A DNA stretch of 63,502 nucleotides, counting the filler, from Folioceros fuciformis (Eukaryota): NCBI GenBank assembly GCA_049999805.1. It is 11 parts of 11 records of this genome, joined end to end, with 100 filler letters (N's around TTAATTAATTAA, not from the genome) between each part and the next. Parts side by side here need not be neighbours in the genome. Positions count along the whole stretch, not along the records: positions 7,864 to 15,946 come from JBNGIO010000912.1; positions 16,047 to 17,211 come from JBNGIO010000915.1; positions 17,312 to 21,127 come from JBNGIO010000916.1; positions 21,228 to 24,820 come from JBNGIO010000917.1; 7 more parts are not named here. One strand, written 5' to 3'. The notes under the pieces are model-generated. The model saw only the letters and a list, made by a program, of their open reading frames with translations. It did not search any database and had not been told where the DNA came from. A program made the position numbers and the translations under genes. This document shows positions 11,970 through 22,596 of the stretch, piece by piece; position 1 is the stretch's first letter, and each line of letters opens with the position of its first letter.

Positions 11970-14900
11970 TCATACTTGCAGAGTGTCAGGGATCGCAGCA
12001 GCATTTGTATCCATGCCTGGAGGTTCAGCCGCTCCTTCTACACCCAGCCTGGGAGGGGGTGGAGAATGAAACCTCTCTAAAGCTGATGGTACAGGATTGG
12101 GAGAAAATGGTACAGGACTGCTACCTAATGGCGTCCGGTTCTTAAAGTTCCAACGGTCAAAGATAATTCGGCCCCCACGACCATATCTACCATGCCAGCA
12201 GGTTGGAACTCTGGTTGAACCATTCTGCACAGGAGGGTCCAACGGGGGCTTTATCCCAGCAGCTGCTAATTTCTCTGGGTCTAAGGGTTGTGTGAACAAT
12301 AATACAGGGTCCAAAGATTCCATTTTGGCCATCTGCACATTTTCACAAATACTCACAAATTAATAACCAAAGGCTCAGGGACCTGAGTCCCATGTCACAA
12401 CTGCTGAATGGATGCAACACAACTTACCGATTTTGCAGGTCTGCCGCGCTGTTGAGGCAATCGCCTCCTCTTGCGCTTGCGTCTCAGCTGATCCATCGAC
12501 TCTGCCATCACAGCACCATCAGTGGCAGGTGGTGACACATCAAAAGCAGTCCGCAAGCGAGTGTGCCCATTGATCTGGTCCAAGGCACCAGCTGCGTTGT
12601 GGGTCCTGCTCTTGAACAAATAATCATCGGTGTGCTTCAACTTCTGGGGCAGAGGAGGCAGCATCGAATTGTTGATGCCATCCTCGTCTTGACGAGCATC
12701 ATGCTGCATACGACAGTCAACTAGACATAAACAAAACCAGAATAAAGTACAAATAACCACTGTCACTCAAAGGAACCCAAACTTTTGCAGCACCACAGAT
12801 ACTTACCCTTGACCTTATCTGGCCTTTCTGCAACATCACCTCACACTCCACCAGCTCTCTTTTCTTCTCCTCCCTCTGAGCCAAAATCACATGTTACACC
12901 TCAGGTCTGTGCAATCGAAGAGTCACAGCTTCCAACACAGAGATAAAAATTTGAGTAAATGGCCTCTCAACTGAAAACTAGCGGCCTACGAATTTTACAA
13001 TGATGTCACACCTTTTGGAGCAACTGCAGCAAATCCCGAGCATGCTCCAAGTTGCGCCGTACCTGAATCAAGACAAACATCTCCTGTAAACTGAGATGGC
13101 CATCACTCAGAAGAAAGGTCTCAACATCGAACTCAGGTAGACTCGAGAAAACGTACCTGCCGAAGTTTCTCAAAGGATTGTACATCATTCTCCCGCCTCT
13201 GCATCTGTAGTGTGGAGAGCCAGGCGAGTGAAGAGAGAGACTTATTAAAATGATTCTTTGCAACTTTATCCTAAGCACAGTATCCACACAAGCTTTTCAC
13301 GAACAAAGACTTACACGGCGAGTATGAGGCCGATGGACCTTTTCTCGAGGCCTAAATACATTGAACGGATTTGTGTCGTTCACCGGTGGGGGCGGCTGCA
13401 GAAAGCATGATGAAGGTTATGCGATTTCCCTTTAGACAGCCAAACGAGTGATACCACCCTCACCATACTTGTAAAGCTTTACTTTGGCACAGAACTCTGA
13501 GAGATTCATCTGTGGAATTAATATGACAACAGACAGCAAGTGGAAACCACCGAGGATGACCCCAAACACGTGCCATTGGAACTCTTTGTGAGGCTTGTAA
13601 CATTTCCCCACCAGTGAAACCAAGCAACTCTGAAAGAAGCTAGGACAGACATGCATCTGTAGCAAAAGAAACTACACAACCGGACGAGGAATTAGCTCAA
13701 TGGGATAGAGGTCTTGCCTGTAATCGACGAAGGATGGGCTTTTGCGAACGCTCTCGCTGTTATAAGAAGGAAAGAGACGACTCTGAAGATTTAATATAAT
13801 AAAAAAATAAAACACCAGCACAAGTGCACGAACAACGAGAAACATATCTTCCATGTCTAACACATGGCGCGTCATCAAAGGGACGAACCTTTGCTCTCCA
13901 GTACTCATATACTGCAGCAAGAACCGCTTGTCTTGCAGTATGTGGTCGCAAGGCCTGTATAAGCCGGGACAGTTCAGTCAGCTGCTACACCTGAACATAT
14001 AAAGTAGTTGTGAACCAACTTTGGTAGAAGCTCTCAGGACTTTCCCACACTGCTAATATACTCCGTGCCAACATCCAAGGTCAAATAACTAGGCCATATT
14101 TGAGCTGAAAACATCTGATAAGCCACCCCTTGTGATCTTTACAATACCTCAACAGCACTTTCTTTCGGAAGTGCCACAGCAATGGGCTGGCCAGGCACTG
14201 TGGGTACACCTGACCTTTCCCTGGATTTGTGATCCATGGTCTCCATTCTGTACAACATGCTCTCGAACCTGATGAAAAGAAAACTTTTAGGCCAGTCACT
14301 TTGTAAAAATGTCCTAGTAGATGGGCAAACTAATCTCAAACTTGCCCTTCCATAACTCTAGTCCCTCATATTTCATTACCTGCAGGGTACAACAAACGCC
14401 CTACCTCTCAGGTGACAATATCTTGCGTTCATTGTTGAGAAGTTGCAACCAATCCTCATCCTCGTCATCCAAATCATATTCCACATACTCAGTTGATTCA
14501 GTCCTCGCTGCATGACCAGAGGAGCATACAAGTAAGGTTTAAGCAGTGTAAAAAGAGAAAGAGAACAAAAAAAAATAAAAAATCACATGTTCTCGATGGT
14601 TATCTGCTGCCATTCGTACCTCCTCGACCTCGCAGATACGATGAAGGCTGATTAAAGCTCTGGGTGTAATCTTTCTCATAAGAATCCACAACCACATACT
14701 GAGGTGTTGGAATCTCAGAGCCCCCAGTTCTTCTTGTTGGTGTTGACAACACCTGAACACGTCATGGTTGCGAGAAATCTGAATAAAAGTTTTGGGACTG
14801 AAACATTCACAGACTTGACTGAGAGTAACCCAAAATTTGCAGCTCAAGCAATAACACACAAAGTTCACCTCGGTATCCAATGCATTGTGCCCGTGTTGAG

Positions 14901-15012
14901 AAGTTCGTGACACTCCAGGACTGTCATCGCTGTCGAGGTCCTTTATAGACTTTACAATTGGCAGCTTCTTGTGGATGTCTAATGGGCGGGGCCTAAATGA
15001 CAACCTACTCAT
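11970..15012 (-). CDS. EPL1: Enhancer of Polycomb-like protein (NuA4 complex subunit), ~12 exons
   Basis: Motifs MSRLSFRPRPLDIHKKLPI, EIPTPQY, EYVEYDLDDEDEDWL, AVYEYWRAK, KPILRRLQ/PPPPVNDTNPFNVFRPREK, MQRREND..FEKLRQVRRNL and GRYGRGGRIIFDRWN. The exact C-terminus is slightly uncertain. Confidence 0.93.
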
Positions 15013-16046
15013 GTCCGCTCATCACCCTTTTAACCCCAACCCTACCAGCGCTCATCCCAGACAAAACCTCAGACTCTGGGTGAGTCCTATTCTAAAAAGA
15101 ACACCGAGACTTCCAGGGGACCTCCCGGGGACCTAACTTCCCTAGAAGCTCAGGAAAGAGAATCCGCTCCCTCAGAGCGAGTTCCTGCGCGACGATTCCT
15201 TTCTGGTCCGATGTAAGGCCATACCATGTCCATGTTGGTAAGTACTAGAGATGTTTAGGTGCTCATTTTTTACACCAGCTCTCCTTTCCTTTTCGATCCG
15301 CCTTATGAGCGCTTCTTGAGTCCATCTTCTGTCCACTGGCAGTCTTCGATTGTGCCAAAGCCAACATCCGCTTCGCCCCTTGCATTACTTCGAAGGGGGC
15401 CTTCTCTCCACGGCCCGATCGCCCGACTCTCTTGCCATTGCCTCACTTAGGGCGACAGAGCCTTATCTATTTTTAACGCAGTGATATTTGAAATACAAGT
15501 GTAAAGTACTTATCACCAAAATTGAAAACGGGTCGAGGTACATATGGAGATGCCCTAAGGTGGGCTTTTCATCTTTTCTTTTTTCAAAATAAAAAACCTT
15601 AATTTCCCCTTGGTATGTGATTTTGTACAAATATGGCTAAGTGAACTAAAAGCTTTCAAGCTAGCTATGACACATAATTTTATTTTGCGCATTTGTTGTA
15701 CTCTGTAGAAGTCATCTATGGAATAAAATAAACTATATTTTTAATTTGTGAACTATATTCTTAATTTATTTTATTATATTTATTTCAAATATATTATTAA
15801 TTATAAAATAAAAAAAGAGATAAGATTATTATCATAATTTTAAATAATATCACTAGCACTTTATCCTTTTTAAACAAATTTGCCAATTTAGAGGCTAGCC
15901 CTAGTGCCCTAATCATCTTTAACAGATAGATTTGTGGGTTCAGGGCNNNNNNNNNNNNNNNNNNNNNNNNNNNNNNNNNNNNNNNNNNNNTTAATTAATT
16001 AANNNNNNNNNNNNNNNNNNNNNNNNNNNNNNNNNNNNNNNNNNNN

Positions 16047-16178
16047 GTTCACTGTGACATTTCTGGCCGTCTTCAGGTTCCATCACTTGGAGGAGCAGAA
16101 TATTATTTCAACATTACAGATGATTTTAGTCGATACACCTGGACTTTCCCTATGAAGCACAAGAGTGAAACTTTTACC
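16047..16178 (+). mobile_element. Ty1/copia integrase (rve) fragment, interrupted by a nested LTR
   Basis: Translates to VHCDISGRLQVPSLGGAEYYFNITDDFSRYTWTFPMKHKSETFT, the copia integrase core. Confidence 0.85.
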
Positions 16179-17211
16179 TGTAAATAAAGCGGAAGCTCTC
16201 GTGCACACGAAACAAGTGCACAAGCAGGAATGAATTTAATTAAGACAAAGTATGCTTAAATACAAAAATGTCCGTGTAACCCTAAGTTACTGTTTAATAA
16301 ACAACCCTAAATAAATTAACCTAAGGGCGTGGTTAAACACCATTTACTAACACTCCCTCTTAACCCGTCCGCAGGGTTAATAAACCGAGTGCCTTATTGA
16401 CGATCCGTGCATGCATTACATTCAGGCGCAAGGTGTGTTCCTCGCGACAGTCTCTTCGCATACTCCAGTACGCAGCATGGAAGCCACGCCTGCACCATGG
16501 AGCCTTCTTATTCAAGTGATTGCGGTGGAGAGCACAATGGCTCGGCTCAAGCACTGTGGACTCCCCAGGCAGAAGCGATCACGAACTCCACCTGAGCTGA
16601 AGAAGGTGTCTCGGTACAGCACAGATGAGGAGGATAGTGAACTGAAGGATCGCCAGATTAGGGTCAAGCTTGAGCATAACGACAAGGGGAAGACCAGCGC
16701 TCCCTCTAGACGGAGGACAGCCCAGCAACTCGCTCCCTCTGTTGCCACTCAACCTGCAAGCCCTAGCTCTTGGTGGCCTACCCAAACAGAACGCAACCTC
16801 CTGTGGCATCTCCACAAAACGCTGGAGAAATGTGATGAATTGAAGACTGTCCTGAATTCTGCAAAAGAGAGGACGTTGGAACTCGAAGCTCTGCTGCAGG
16901 AGTCGCAGCCCAAGGACATCTTAGCTCATCCGCTGACACCTGCTGAGTGTAGGGCTGTCATACGAGAACTGGAGCTCCTGGGCTACATCTACAAGCCACC
17001 GTCCTAGCTTAGGAAGCTCACTTCTGTTTGTTTTGGTAGCATTCACGATTGGGTTTAGCAGGACTTCTTCATCCACTGAACGTGCCATGTGTTTCTCAAC
17101 CTGTATGCAGCACACAGATAGCACGGGGACATGCCCTGTCCACAGGGAACCAAGGAAGTTTGCTTGTAAAGCAGTCCCTGTGTGGACATGTCATTTTCCT
17201 GTCAGCTGTCG
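16179..17211 (-). mobile_element. 3' end of an LTR retrotransposon: 174-bp LTR (16179-16352), polypurine tract (16353-16360) and 3' internal region
   Basis: On the minus strand, AGAGGGAG is followed by TGTTAG...TTTACA. The LTR end coincides exactly with the break in the integrase frame. Confidence 0.75.
16537..17007 (+). CDS. 156-aa intronless ORF antisense within the LTR element (basic N-terminus, coiled-coil C-terminus); frame open from ATG 16411
   Basis: ACAATGG start context and an uninterrupted frame: MARLKHCGLPRQKRSRTPP...LEKCDELKTVLNSAKERTLELEALL...ELELLGYIYKPPS*. Confidence 0.55.
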   Translation: MARLKHCGLPRQKRSRTPPELKKVSRYSTDEEDSELKDRQIRVKLEHNDKGKTSAPSRRRTAQQLAPSVATQPASPSSWWPTQTERNLLWHLHKTLEKCDELKTVLNSAKERTLELEALLQESQPKDILAHPLTPAECRAVIRELELLGYIYKPPS

Positions 17212-17311
17212 NNNNNNNNNNNNNNNNNNNNNNNNNNNNNNNNNNNNNNNNNNNNTTAATTAATTAANNNNNNNNNNNNNNNNNNNNNNNNNNNNNNNNN
17301 NNNNNNNNNNN

Positions 17312-18204
17312 ACACTAACTTGGGCCGAGTTAGATTATCCTTTGTTTTGACCTCAAGGGACAATCTTTGAAGCCTTATAGACTTGCGAACAACCGGAGCA
17401 ATCCTCCTATCCTGGCCATCTAAAAGCCCCTCGACTTCACCCACTACCATGTCTAGACTCCATATCTTGTCTTTTGCCTAAGGCACGTCCAAGGACCACC
17501 TCCACTCTGGGGTAAGTGGCATATTGGGTCCAAAACTTGTTTTAGCCGTATGTCGGCAAAAGGTTGACCATCCTTCTGGTATATACCACTGAAGAATTCC
17601 ACCTCCTTTCCTTCCTTACCAACCGGAACCCTTCCGGCTGACAAGAATTCAAATATCCTTTTCTGCCCTGTATGCAACTGGTGCAGTGTAATGATAAGGG
17701 GTAACTACTCCCCCCCACCTCCTGTCATAACTAGAAAAGAATAAAGGTCCTACACCGTTCTCGTAACCATTAGGTTAATCTCAAACTGTCTGCCTTTCCT
17801 CCTTGTTGTACCTTCCGCCTTCCTGATCTCCTGGGCACTCAGGAAACAAGATACCTCCTGCCCTGGAGGAGGATGCTCATCATGTGCCTCCTAAACCTGC
17901 ATTGAGGCCTTTTCCAAGGAATTTAACGGGGAGGTACTGCTTTGTCGCCGGAGAAGACGGCTTGCACTTCATGCCAGACAGTATCGATATCCTCATCATC
18001 CTCAGCACAGGAAGAGGAGAAAAAGTCCTCCTCGGAAACATACACCGTTATCTGTCATGGTGGGGCTAGCCTATTTTGTGGGGCTGGCACAATCCACCAA
18101 GGCTTTTCCGAGACACGCCGAACTTGTTCCCTCCATTCCAGACCCCGTTTCCACTCCATATCTCTGTTGACCGCGCACTGCCATAGGATCGTTCCCCACT
18201 TTAG
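17312..18204 (-). mobile_element. Putative 5' portion of a non-LTR (LINE-like) insertion into the pogo element; degenerate
   Basis: Starts immediately after a 15-bp sequence that is duplicated after the poly(A) tail at 21471. Reading frames are broken and no domain was recognised. Confidence 0.5.
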
Positions 18205-19043
18205 GTCACGATAGAACTTGATGCACTCACGAAGCAAGTCATCTGAAATTGTGGCACCTTGAGCTTGGATTGCAAGAACCCAAACGTGTACTACATGGTC
18301 AACCTGTGGGCATACGACTAGTCTATCCCTCATTCCTGTCATATTAGTTGTTGGACCAATGGCAGGGTCCAACCATTTGTCTTTATCATTCACAATCCTA
18401 GACAATGCACTTTTAGAAGCTGCTATTGAAAACTTCTATGTTGTCCATCTAGTCAACTGCTTAAGTGTGCAAGAGTGTTGGACATAATATTCGCAAACCT
18501 CTTTCTTTTGTTGCTTTGTTAGGGTAGCATGCTTGCGTGGCGGCTTGGGCGGCATTGTTCCTACACATCAAAGAGAATGAGTAAGGAACACATACAAAAT
18601 ATCTGACAACAAGACAACAACTTACAACACCATAACACAACTTACAACACCATAAGACAACTTGTATAATGAAACAACTTATGTACTAGGAACAATGCTT
18701 CTGATCACAAAGCATAGTGTACAGAACTACTACATATATAGGCCCAATCTCGATGACTGTCTATGTTTTATGATATAATCTCGATAGCCTTTAACTTGAC
18801 ATAATCTCAATAACTCATGATTTAATCTCGATAAGATGATTTCCTCAATTTTTTTATTTTTTTAAATATGTATTTTACCTTTTATAGATGTGTACTTGCA
18901 TTGAATGTTTGGGAGACATGTTCCCAATTACAAATTAGAGGGGTTTCCCATTTAGCATATAGCACATTCAAGGGAGTAAGCCTGGGCGTCCCATTTAAAG
19001 GGGGTTCCCATTTATAGGGGTCCCAATTAGAGGGGTTTGACTG
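18205..19043 (-). mobile_element. pogo/Tigger-like (Tc1/mariner) DNA transposon, 5' half: TIR plus CENP-B-type HTH transposase N-terminus (pseudogenised)
   Basis: Minus-strand terminus TA|CAGTCAAACCCCTCTAATTGGGA. From ATG 18555: MPPKPPRKHATLTKQQKKEVCEY..LKQLTRWTT*KF..SKSALSRIV..CPQVDHVVHVWVLAIQAQGATISDDLLRECIKFYRD. Confidence 0.82.
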
Positions 19044-19881
19044 TATACATAGCCAGCACGAATGAAAACAAGCCACATGCCATTAGGGTAGTATGGGAGT
19101 TGGAGTTGGAAGTCAATTGCTTGGTACACGCGACAAAAGGCAATTGGGAGAATGATAAACACTTTCTAAGCATGTGAAGGGTGTGTATAATCTTGAAGCA
19201 ACGGATACAAACAATTGGGAGCAACAATTATTGAAGCAACCAAATATACAATGTCCAATTTCTTCTACGCAACCATGCCAACCGTTGACCTATGTAAGGG
19301 CCGGTTTCCATGTGGCCCAGGCCGATTATGGAAAAGCCCAGGCATTGAAACCAGACCAAGCGTTTCCAGGTTCACTTGTGAGCATGCGTAGTTTGAGATT
19401 GACCACCAACATCTATAAGCTATAAAATACTTATAACCTGTAACTGAGAAGTGCAATAACAACGTTTGTATCCAATACCGTAGAATATTCTAAAGTCAAC
19501 AAGTCATGCGGGAAGAGTCAAAGGCGTTCACTAAGTGCCGACGGTGGGTGGGAAGTGTGAAAGGTCGATGAGAAGTGATTCATCTTTCAGTGCATGAGAA
19601 TTGCTTCTTGCAAGAAATGCTGGAGGTGTAGTAGAAGTGCTTAAATAGAGGCACCACATTATGTTGAATGCAAATTCCAGGATGAGTCCACCTCGAGTTG
19701 AGTTCTTTAACTCTTTTGAGTTTCTCTCAGACTTCCATGCTCAAGATGTGGAGGGCGGTATTCCATTCCAACCTCCCCTAGTTCCATTCGAGCTAGAGGA
19801 GCCCAACAGGAAAAGAGTGCTTTGGACAGAAGCCGAGATCTTGGTTTTGCAAGCTGAAACGTAGAGAAGATGTGCAAAGAT

Positions 19882-20122
19882 TGTTGGGTGGTTGAACAAC
19901 ATTACAAATTTCCAACATTTTGTTCAAAGGTTGACATAGTTTGCAATTTCGAATCTCAATTCCAAGGTCTATATGGATAAGAAAACTTTTACAAGCACAT
20001 GTTGGTTGGTTTGTTGAACAACATTACAAGTTTCCAACATTTTGTTCAAAGGTTGACACAGTCTCAACTTTGAATCTCAGTTCCTAGGTCTACACGGATC
20101 AGAAAACTTTTACAAGCACATG
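19882..20122. repeat. ~120-bp tandem duplication in TE-derived sequence
   Basis: GTTGAACAACATTACAA..TTCCAACATTTTGTTCAAAGGTTGACA..AGAAAACTTTTACAAGCACATG occurs twice. Confidence 0.8.
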
Positions 20123-21227
20123 CTCTTGGGGATGCACGTACGTGCAATATCTTTGAACAAACAAATCTTGAGAATGATCCAACCCCTTCGTAAAGTGCCC
20201 AAGCTCATATGAGCTATGTTGTACAGAACAAGAAAGAGACTCATAGAGATGGGTTGAAGCTCCCTTTCAACTAAAAATGCAAACCTTAACCTTGCCCACG
20301 AGAATTATTAAAAATGATTCACTTCAACGAATGTAACGGTTGCCTCAGGATCGATGCTGTGTGTCGTACCTAAATTCGGCGGACCAACAGAAATAGAGAA
20401 AGGAGTCACGACACAAGGAGTAGGAAGGTGCGCATCGTCGTAGGATTAGTGGAAGGCATTCCAGGTTGAGGGAAGGGTAGCAAAGGGGATGAGTACAAGC
20501 AAACAAGGCAAAGAAAGAAGTCCGGAGGAGGCACACCTACCCTCAGGCACTACGGGGATGACTCCGGACCTTGGCGTGGTGTGCTGATCGTGGAGCACGG
20601 GGGAAGAGAAGAGTGAAGGAAACTTGGTAATCTCATGTGGGGAGACACGAGAGGAAGACAATCGTCTCCAATTACATCTGCCAACGGTAGACTCTAGGCT
20701 GTAGGCGTTAGGCACTTACCACAGATGATCCACCAATTTGGTTGTTGTAGCTAAGGGGCACTAGGCTCGTTCCTCGAACATCGTGGTTCTTCTATGTCCT
20801 TGGGTCAAGGGGATCAAACCTCCCAATCTTCAATATACATTGTAGAGAGCATAATTGAGTATTCCTAGACAGGGTGGGGAGGAGAGCATGGCAATTTGCC
20901 TATGGAAGTGGGTAGAAGAAGGAGATAGCACTGAGGGGTAGGAACAACGGGACTTCGAGGCCCTTGCTGAATCAAAGTGATGAGCCTTTATACAAGGCCG
21001 GGCCTCTAATATGGACAACGATCATAAGTCCTATTCTAGGGACCTGGCAACCCGGTGCTGCCAGGAGCCAGCTAGCTATTGTCACCGTGACTTTATGAGA
21101 AGGCAGCAGTGAAGGCGAGTGGGGTTGNNNNNNNNNNNNNNNNNNNNNNNNNNNNNNNNNNNNNNNNNNNNTTAATTAATTAANNNNNNNNNNNNNNNNN
21201 NNNNNNNNNNNNNNNNNNNNNNNNNNN

Positions 21228-21470
21228 GGGACGATGAGTCTTAAAGTCCATGGGAGACCTTGAGGGTGAGTATAAGTGGCTTTGGCAGTTCGAGGGTATC
21301 ATAGTGTAGGGGAGCGCTCTCTGAGCGCCTTGTCTCGAGTCTTGGACTCAAGGCCAGTTCTCCCCCTCTCTTCTAGTGCTTGATTTTTGTACATACATTA
21401 GTAAGACTTTCCCTTTGTATTGTAGTGGGAGGCATTTGCCAATTTAATAAAAAAAAAATCGCGAAAAAAA
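21228..21470 (+). mobile_element. 3' end of a LINE-like element with poly(A) tail
   Basis: A T-rich 3' segment, then AATAAAAAAAAAATCGCGAAAAAAAAA, followed by the target-site copy. Confidence 0.65.
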
Positions 21471-22344
21471 AAGTTGTATCGTGACTATCAAGCAGTGGTT
21501 ATGCTAATAAAAGCTTGGACTTCATTTATGAGTCCTCATACCATACGCAATTGTTGGAGGCATAGTACTTTGGATGCGGAATTGCATGCACAAGATGCTC
21601 GGTTCCGTGAGTCTTTGGATCTAAACAGCGCACCATATGATCCAGAGGATCCATTGTCGGATCCTCAAAATCACTCTAATTCGTTGGAAATGTAGGTAGA
21701 AGAGCTACAATAGTCCATGCGAAGCTTAGTATTATTAACATCTGAAGATATGACAAGAATTGCGGATGTTGGATATCCAACGATGACAGCTGAAGAGTAT
21801 CTGAACTTTGAGGAGGATGAAGGATTGGAGGCTACGTATATTCCTACAGAGAACGAAATATGGCAAGCATTAATCCCTCCGCCTGTCAATGAAGAGGGTG
21901 AGGAGAATGATACAGCGTCAGTGTAGACCATAGCGCCAAGATCGCGTACGACAAAGGATGCTGTAGATAATGCTATGAGGATAGCGAAGATGTTTTTGGA
22001 AGAGATGCTACATAACACTCTTGATGCTTTGAAGTTGCATTCTGAGTTGGAAAAACATATTGCTATGGAAAAACATATTGCTAGTCATTGGATGAAAGCA
22101 ACTTATGAAAGCAACATTGGATGATTATTTTAACCCAACAAACTAGAATTAGGTTGGCTTCTATGTGGGGCATGAGGGAGCATTTTGGATTTTTTGGAAG
22201 CTTTTAAGCTCTTTCAAATTTTTGATTTAAAAGTTCTTTTTGATTTTTTTACTTAAAAAAGAATAAAAATGCTTAAACGGAACCCCTCTAAAATGGGACA
22301 ATTTTTGCTACTCCCCATTGTTCCCAATTAGAGGGGTCTGACAG
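21471..22344 (+). mobile_element. pogo/Tigger-like transposon, 3' half: DDE_1 C-terminal remnant, acidic tail and TIR
   Basis: Translation QAVVMLIKAWTSFMSPHTIRNCWRHS, acidic EEYLNFEEDE..PTENEIWQ and terminal KATLDDYF (PIP-box-like), with in-frame stops. Terminus TCCCAATTAGAGGGGTCTGACAG|TA. Confidence 0.82.
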
Positions 22345-22410
22345 TATGCAAAGTGAAGAGTGAGCCTTGCGCAATTCACCAAAATGGCGGCGTTTTAGAA
22401 GAAGGAATCA

Positions 22411-22596
22411 AGTCCACCGACAGAAAGGGATTCACATTGTTGCGCTCGCCACAGCCCCATTGGTTACGAGGATTGTCCACCGACAAGTAATTCACAGTGT
22501 TGCGCTCTCCACAGCCCCATTGGTTACGAGGATTGTCCACCGACAAGAAAGGATTCACAGTGTTGCGCTCTCCACAGCCCCTTTGGTTACGAGGAT
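22411..22596. repeat. ~60-bp tandem repeat x3 overlapping the MAP1A stop codon and 3' UTR
   Basis: GTCCACCGACA..ATTCACA(T/G)TGTTGCGCTC..CACAGCCCC..TGGTTACGAGGAT occurs three times. Confidence 0.88.

Noticed and set aside
20332..20722. TGTAAC...CCACA segment as a possible solo LTR
   Set aside because: No matching target-site duplication, PBS or PPT could be identified.
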